A stretch of DNA of 63,974 nucleotides, the filler included, from Eremomyces bilateralis CBS 781.70 (taxonomy: Eukaryota), in assembly GCA_010015585.1 (NCBI GenBank). It is 11 parts of 8 records of this genome, joined end to end, with 100 filler letters (N's around TTAATTAATTAA, not from the genome) between each part and the next. Parts side by side here need not be neighbours in the genome. Positions count along the whole stretch, not along the records: positions 56,950 to 60,719 come from ML975157.1; positions 60,820 to 61,831 come from ML975162.1; positions 61,932 to 63,974 come from ML975166.1; 8 more parts are not named here. One strand, 5' to 3'. Below the pieces are notes generated by a model. That model ran no database searches. It was not told the DNA's origin and saw only the letters and a list, made by a program, of their open reading frames with translations. The position numbers and the translations under genes were made by a program. Numbering within the stretch: the first letter of the stretch is position 1; the number at the start of each line of letters is the position of its first letter. Positions 57,755 to 63,974 of the stretch are shown piece after piece.

Positions 57755-59410
57755 GCTTGAGGAAGAACGATAACTGGAATATAGCAAGTCAGGCCGGTGA
57801 TAAGCGTAAATCAGATTTCTAGAGGTCAAATTTTGTTGGATATGCTTTGCTCTAAAAGTTAACGGAAGAGACCCAGAGTTATGTAATGTTACAGCTGCTA
57901 TAAGAGAGGAATATGTCGATGTCGACGGAAAGGAAGATGTTTAATTGATGGAGGTGTATTGTCAGGACCTTCTTAAAGCTGACGCAAGGTTCTGCAACCC
58001 GTCACACTAGAAATCACACAGTTGCGCTTCTTCCATTCTTGCTTAAGATTAAGCTAATTATTCTGTTTCTCTAAGCCCTTACTATGCATACAGTTTTCGT
58101 GCACCCCTCATAACTTCAACAAGAGAGCCTGATCAACCAGTTTCACATCAAAACGGAGAATATCTGGAATTTCGACGAGCATGGGATTGAGTGCTGAGCC
58201 ACGCTCTGCGCCATGCTCTGCCTACAACCGATGGCTAACAGAGCTGATGTGGACGCAGCGTCCTTCCCTCTTATACAGTATCCCACACCTAACTTATGGA
58301 ACACTTAAGATACGAAGGCAAGGGATGACTTAGCGCCATTCTCAATCAACGGCACCTGGTCAGAACCTTCCTCAGGAGGCAGCTTCACCGCTGCCTTATG
58401 CCCGTTCCATCGCAGCCTCCACAGTGGTTCCGACCTGATATTGACGCTGCTAGATTGAATTAATAACCTATCCAGCTTTACTTTCGGCTAAGGGATAATC
58501 ACAGCGTCAATCATTTCCCCCCAATCTTCGACGGAACTAATTCTCACCCTGTGATCGATTAGATCTATTTCCGTCATAGCTTTCTCCAGGTTTGTAACCC
58601 GCTCTTAAAGCCTCGATATTTACGGGATAACGCACTGCGTTTCTCGTTGGTGATATCCTTGAATTATATGTATCACCTTGCCCGCTACAGGCTTTGACAT
58701 GAGCTAGGTTTTGCTTTAGTGTAGCCATCATAATTTTGTAACAGGGTAGGGAGCCATTAGTTCGATTGATCCGACTGATCCGACTGATTACAGCCGGTTT
58801 TACATTTTGGATCTCTTCTCAGCGCACGGCCATCTATCTGAAATAAGAATTGAACCTCGGTCCTGGCGTACTTTCTTTCGGAAGAGAAAATTTAAGATTC
58901 GTTTAGGTTGTCCCGAGGAGCATCGTGATTGTCCTTGCTGTGGTCATAATATAAATGAACGAAGCAACCCGCCGAATATTATAGATTAAGCAGTACTTTA
59001 ATACAGCGACACTGCATTAACGGCTATAGAAGAATTTGAAATCGTTAAAAGATATATCTGTTTCCTTCTGTGACTTCGACGCTCAGCTCTGGGTCACGTT
59101 TGTCTACAGTAAAGCTCTTAGACTAAAGACTTGGCCCAGTCTACGTTGAGACAGCAAGGCAGACACTTAAACCCTTCGCCACTTTCTTTGTCCGTCCTCC
59201 ACTCGCTACTATTTCCCTTTTCTGAGCGGTGAATCGTTTGATCCGTGCTGCGCCTTGTGGCTAGTCGGTCAATTCTCCTTTACTTCAGCGCGCTCCCTTG
59301 GAAAACTCAAGGCATGTATCTTGCGATTCGCTTGCGAATAAGGAGGTTAACAGATTCTGTATTGTTGCACACTGCGATTATGACGAGACTGATTCTTAAG
59401 GAATCTGGCC

Positions 59411-59776
59411 TCACATTTGCACGTCTAAGAGCACTCTCCAAAGAAAATCCCCATCTGGGTAAGTACCCCCCCGCATCTGAGTACACACATCATATATTGT
59501 GTGGAATCCCGTAAGGCATTGGCCAACGGTGAACGTGGTCGGTCCACCTATACCCGTTGTAGAGATAAGGGTGATATTGGCGCTTTTGTCTGTGAATATC
59601 CAGCTACGGGAATCAAAACAGGACGATTCCTCTCCTATTACAGCGGCGTTTTGTTGGCAGAAGGCGCCTATGTGTTCAAGGAGTAGAGCGCTATCATTTG
59701 TGTCTAGCATTCTGCCATAAAGCTCGCAGTATTGGCTAATCACGGCCGGAATAATGGCAAGGAGAAGATATTTCAT
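59411..59776 (-). CDS. small secreted cysteine-containing protein (effector-like)
   Basis: 121 aa, signal-like MKYLLLAIIPAVIS, 5 Cys, upstream TATATAAA near 59826-59833. Confidence 0.65.
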   Translation of the reverse strand: MKYLLLAIIPAVISQYCELYGRMLDTNDSALLLEHIGAFCQQNAAVIGEESSCFDSRSWIFTDKSANITLISTTGIGGPTTFTVGQCLTGFHTIYDVCTQMRGGTYPDGDFLWRVLLDVQM

Positions 59777-59932
59777 ATCGAATTATAAGCGCTCTTTCGC
59801 TTGATTGCTTTCTGCCAAAGCTCTTTTTATATACACTGCACTTTGAGATGTTAATTCCGTTCAGGAAGGAAAATAATTCCATTTAAAGTACAACATTCTC
59901 CGAACTTTACGACTCCCCAACGCAAATGACGG

Positions 59933-60420
59933 TCACTTCTTCTTTTTGGTAGCCTTTCGGGCGGGGGGCTGTTCCGGTTGCTTCATCTCCAGTGCTGCCA
60001 CTCGCTGCTGCAGCGCTACCAGAGTTTGATGCTCGGGGCACTTTCCTTGGTAGTCAAACATTTCAATTACCCTTTGTGCCGCATCATTTGCCACATGGAG
60101 CGCGCAATAAGCCGAATTTAGGGTTTGTAAGGCAACATTGATCGTAGTGTCCGCGTTATGTCTCTTCATCCGCCAATCTGCAATGAGGAGTCCGGAAGGG
60201 TCATCGGGCTGGCACGAGTTAGCTTTTGCTTTTGCAGAAATTAGATGCTGACCATCCTCACCGAATGCACTGCTTGGCTAGTGCCTGAAAAGTTTGGAGG
60301 ATCCTGGGAAGGCACTGAATTCAGAAGAGTGGCGGATGGGATAATGTAGTCCGAGAAATCTGACTCAGGGCTGGGCAGAATGAATGAGTTTTCAAATTCA
60401 TGTTGTGATAAGTTTTCCAT
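59933..60420 (-). CDS. hypothetical small protein with helical region and basic C-terminus (probably one intron)
   Basis: ATG at 60420, intron with GCTAAC...CAG ending about 60209, C-terminus PPARKATKKKK. Confidence 0.4.
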
Positions 60421-60819
60421 ATTGAAACGCGAAATGATTAAGCAGTGAGCAGAATATAATAATAATAAGAATCAATTTAACGTACTATCTGGATCCCTTT
60501 CGGGTCTATGAGCACGATATTCTATCTGGTCTGCCGCGGGCAAAAGTTTCCCCGTAGCCCTGAGGCTGCGGGTACATAAAATCCCGCCTCCTCCCTTTAG
60601 TAGACTATCTCAAACGTTTATCATCTATCCGTAAGAGTCGGTGTTTCCGCCTACGCGGAGAGCTTATTCTGGCACGTCGTGGAGGAACTGGAACGGTTTC
60701 CAGTCCTCTATTACCTCCTNNNNNNNNNNNNNNNNNNNNNNNNNNNNNNNNNNNNNNNNNNNNTTAATTAATTAANNNNNNNNNNNNNNNNNNNNNNNNN
60801 NNNNNNNNNNNNNNNNNNN

Positions 60820-60903
60820 TTGTTGAGATATTCAGGTTACGGTAGTGGGCCACGGTTGAGGTGGGCGACTCGGTGGTTTGGGCGACTCGCTGGTGGATTA
60901 CGT
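60820..60903. mobile_element. Fot1/pogo TIR (same family as 24893)
   Basis: ...GGGCGACTCGCTGGTGGATTACGT followed by TA. Confidence 0.85.
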
Positions 60904-61483
60904 TAGTTAAGTTAGTTAGTTAACTTAATTTTAAAAGTTTCAAATAATCTAGTACATGCGGCCACATCAACCTGAACAAAACGAGGACGACAGAGCTAGA
61001 CCTTCTATTTCGCGAGGGCAAGACCGTATGAAAACTGCTCTTGCCCCTCCAAAATTGGCTACTTCTGCTCTCAGGCGATAGGCACTAGAACGGGTGGGTA
61101 TGCATTGCAGGGGTGAACAGATAGACGGTACCTGTATAAACATTAGGCTCCCAGCACCCAGGACAGGCTCTTACTGCCCTTAAACTCTGGGAGGGAGGTC
61201 CCACCTACTTTCTTATGGCCTGCACATTATCAAAGGCCTCGCTTTTTTTCCATCAGCGACATGAGAGAAGATTCGAAGAGCACCATTAGGAAGGCTGTGA
61301 TAGTGTTGATTGTTCCGGCGTGTGAATCAATCACGGAAGCAATAGGTTACCTGACGGAGGCAGTGAGATGGTTAGTTACTTGTAACTTATTCGGTCAGAA
61401 GTAGGTTTACCTCGGAGAGTAGATATCCATATACATACCCAGGCACCCAGGCCTATGTATACTACATGTGCGATCACTAACTA

Positions 61484-61656
61484 CAGTCAACCTTCGCTAT
61501 AACGGTTGAATCCGTACAGGCGAATCCAATCGTTATAACGCGGATATCGCTAAAAAGAATTTTCTTGGCAGCATTGATTGAGAATCCGTGCAGGGAATCT
61601 TATCGCTATAATGCGAATATCGCTGTAGTGGTAATCGCTATAGTGGTGGTTGACTG
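61484..61656. mobile_element. 173-bp Tc1/mariner-pogo-type MITE
   Basis: TA|CAGTCAACC...GGTTGACTG|TA, with internal repeated ATCGCTATA motifs. Confidence 0.8.
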
Positions 61657-61931
61657 TAGTTAAGCAATAGCCTCTGACACTCTCAATAGGATCCAGGCAT
61701 CTAGAAGGGATGCCTTAGGCACAACTCTGACTCACCACAGCAGGGCGCATACCGGGGTTTATGTAATCGTCTATTGACTGTTAGTATCCCGTTACGGCTG
61801 CAAACGGTAAAAATTAGCACTTGGCTACTTANNNNNNNNNNNNNNNNNNNNNNNNNNNNNNNNNNNNNNNNNNNNTTAATTAATTAANNNNNNNNNNNNN
61901 NNNNNNNNNNNNNNNNNNNNNNNNNNNNNNN

Positions 61932-63974
61932 AGACACCCTAGTATCTGCTACCGATATTCGCGGCGAGAGGAAGGCAATTAGAGAGAAGTACTTAAATGG
62001 GAGGAGTCCGATTAAGACATTGTTAGATGACCTGTCTACGCCGGAATAGGTCTTTACTGTTAAGAAGGATGCGGATAATCACGTACAAGGTCTCTTCTTT
62101 ACCTACTAGAAGCAGATTAAGCTACTGCTTGCAAATCCCGATATCCTGTTGATGGACTGTACGTACCGAACCAACAAGTATAAACTCCTACTGTTGCACA
62201 TACTCGGCTGTACCAATCTACAGACATTCTTCTCTACAGGGTTCTGCTTCCTCCGCAGCGAGAAAGAAGCAGATTACCATTGGGCAATCTTAAACTTCCT
62301 CCTTAATACAGGGACACCGTAGCCACGCGTGTTCATTAGCGATCAGGAGGATGCGGTAAAACTAGCAGCTCGCACTCTGTTTCCAGATATCCCACAACTC
62401 CTGTGTATATGGCATATTAATAAGAATGTGCAGACAAAGGCTTAAAAGACCTGGCGAGACGCTGATGGCGTAACAAAAGAGGAGAAGCAGAGAATCGCTG
62501 AGCACCGGGCTCAATTTATGAAACGTTGGAGTTAGGTATGCTCCCTACTAATAGCCTAAGAGGCGTTACCGGAAGGCTTCCGGGAATGCCTCTTATAAGT
62601 TTTTTATAGAACTGACTGGAGCAGCTTGTCTATGTAAAGAGTCTACTTATATTTAAGCTAAAGTGGGACGAGTTACTCAAAGACTATGCCGACCAGCGAG
62701 AACTTTGCTAATACTTACGTGATAATCAATGGCATATACGTACCGAGTGGGCAGCTGCTTAGACGTCTCAGCATCGACACTATAATATAGTTACAACCTC
62801 TCCTATTGAAGGAATGCATAGGGTTTTGAAGGACCACCTTATGTCTTCAAGAGGCGACTTGCTACGTGTTGTTGGAAGGATTGAGCAGATGGTCAAGAGT
62901 CAATACAATAAGTACAGGAAATAGATTGCTTCTTCTAAACACAGCATTAAATTTGAGCACAGACTGGAGTCAATGCTATTCCTACCTCCTGGCATTTATG
63001 ACATCCTTATGCCAGCGGTAATTGAACGCATTAGACAATAGGATCTGCTGCGCCAGAAGGAGCAGAGACAACGTCGTAGGAGGCGTCCTTGTTCTGGCCT
63101 CTATAAGAAGATAAACGGTCTTCCATGTCATTATACGCTACGAGATATGATAAATTCTGGATCGACGTTACGACCAAATCACCTTTACGACGATCATTGG
63201 CGCTATTAACGTGAGCAAGGACGGTCTATAAGCCTCTCTCTAAGGCTATATCAATCTATCCTAGAGCCGCTTCCGGCTTAAACAAGAGGTGCGCCGAGGA
63301 AGAACGAGGCATTAACTCGTCGAGATCTATCAGCTTTTGAACGACGTGTACCGCCTTCTCTACCACAACCTTAAGGTCAATTACTTGCTGAGGTCTTACG
63401 GCACATAAACACCTCTGTCGCTGTGTCAATTCCTACATCTACACTACCTACGAATGCTATAACTCGTCGAGATCCTTCGGGCTTTGAACGACGTGTGCTA
63501 CCTTCTATCCCTCAATTTTAGCCTCCTCCTCAACCCCAGGGTCAAACACTTGCTAAGGTCTTGCGACACACAAACATAGCTATTACCATATCAGTTCCTA
63601 CATCTACACTAGCTACGAATCCTATAACTACTCCTCCACCTACTCCATCTTATTTATCTTCACCTGTCTCTATTACTGCGTCTATTACTACGGCTTAATC
63701 CCCTCTACAGCCTGCTTAGCAACCTCCGTCGTTGGAAGAGTTCTTTGCTGATATCGAGCGTCGACGACTTCAGCCTGTTCTATATAACTACAGTGACTTT
63801 GGCACAGTGATGAATCATTTGGCAGAGACAGGGCAGGAAAACGACCCTACAGAACTAGTTGAAGCACGGGATATGGCTCTCGCGACAAGAGGGGCGTTTG
63901 CTTCCTGCACTCCAACAATGGCATGGAATTATCACTTTGGAGATATGGAAGCTTTCTACGATGAAAGATTTGCA
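61932..63974 (+). pseudogene. MULE (Mutator-like) transposase, heavily RIP-mutated, partial
   Basis: LLMDCTYRTNKYKL, GFCFLRSEKEADY, FISDQEDA, QLLCIWHINKNV, TTSPIEGMH, GLPCHY; many TAG/TAA at Gln/Trp codons. Confidence 0.92.

Overview
Fungal (filamentous ascomycete) DNA, judged by short GT-AG introns with CTRAC/CTAAC branch points and RIP-type mutations. The window is 11 contigs joined by ten artificial 100-bp spacers (N44-TTAATTAATTAA-N44), so adjacency across spacers is unproven. It is an accessory, TE-rich region containing: (i) hAT, Fot1/pogo, Tc1, MULE, Ty3/gypsy and LINE remnants (several RIP-mutated), a solo LTR and a MITE; (ii) a putative aromatic-catabolism cluster at 7.7-23.8 kb (FAD monooxygenase fused to an acetoacetate-decarboxylase-like domain, CocE/NonD hydrolase, LigB-type dioxygenase, MFS transporter, cupin, and an ALDH-fold protein lacking its catalytic residues); (iii) immunity/conflict-type genes (HET-domain gene, a SIR2-NACHT-WD40 NLR, two NLR WD40 tails, OTT_1508-like deaminase, T5orf172-domain protein, ubiquitin-like fusion protein, kinase-like relics); (iv) ILM1, a Zn2Cys6 TF beside a Baeyer-Villiger monooxygenase, a TE-truncated AA11 LPMO and a small secreted cysteine-containing protein. 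The most striking item is the NLR with an N-terminal SIR2_2 (antiphage-NADase-like) effector domain. All family calls come from motif recognition by eye, not database searches.
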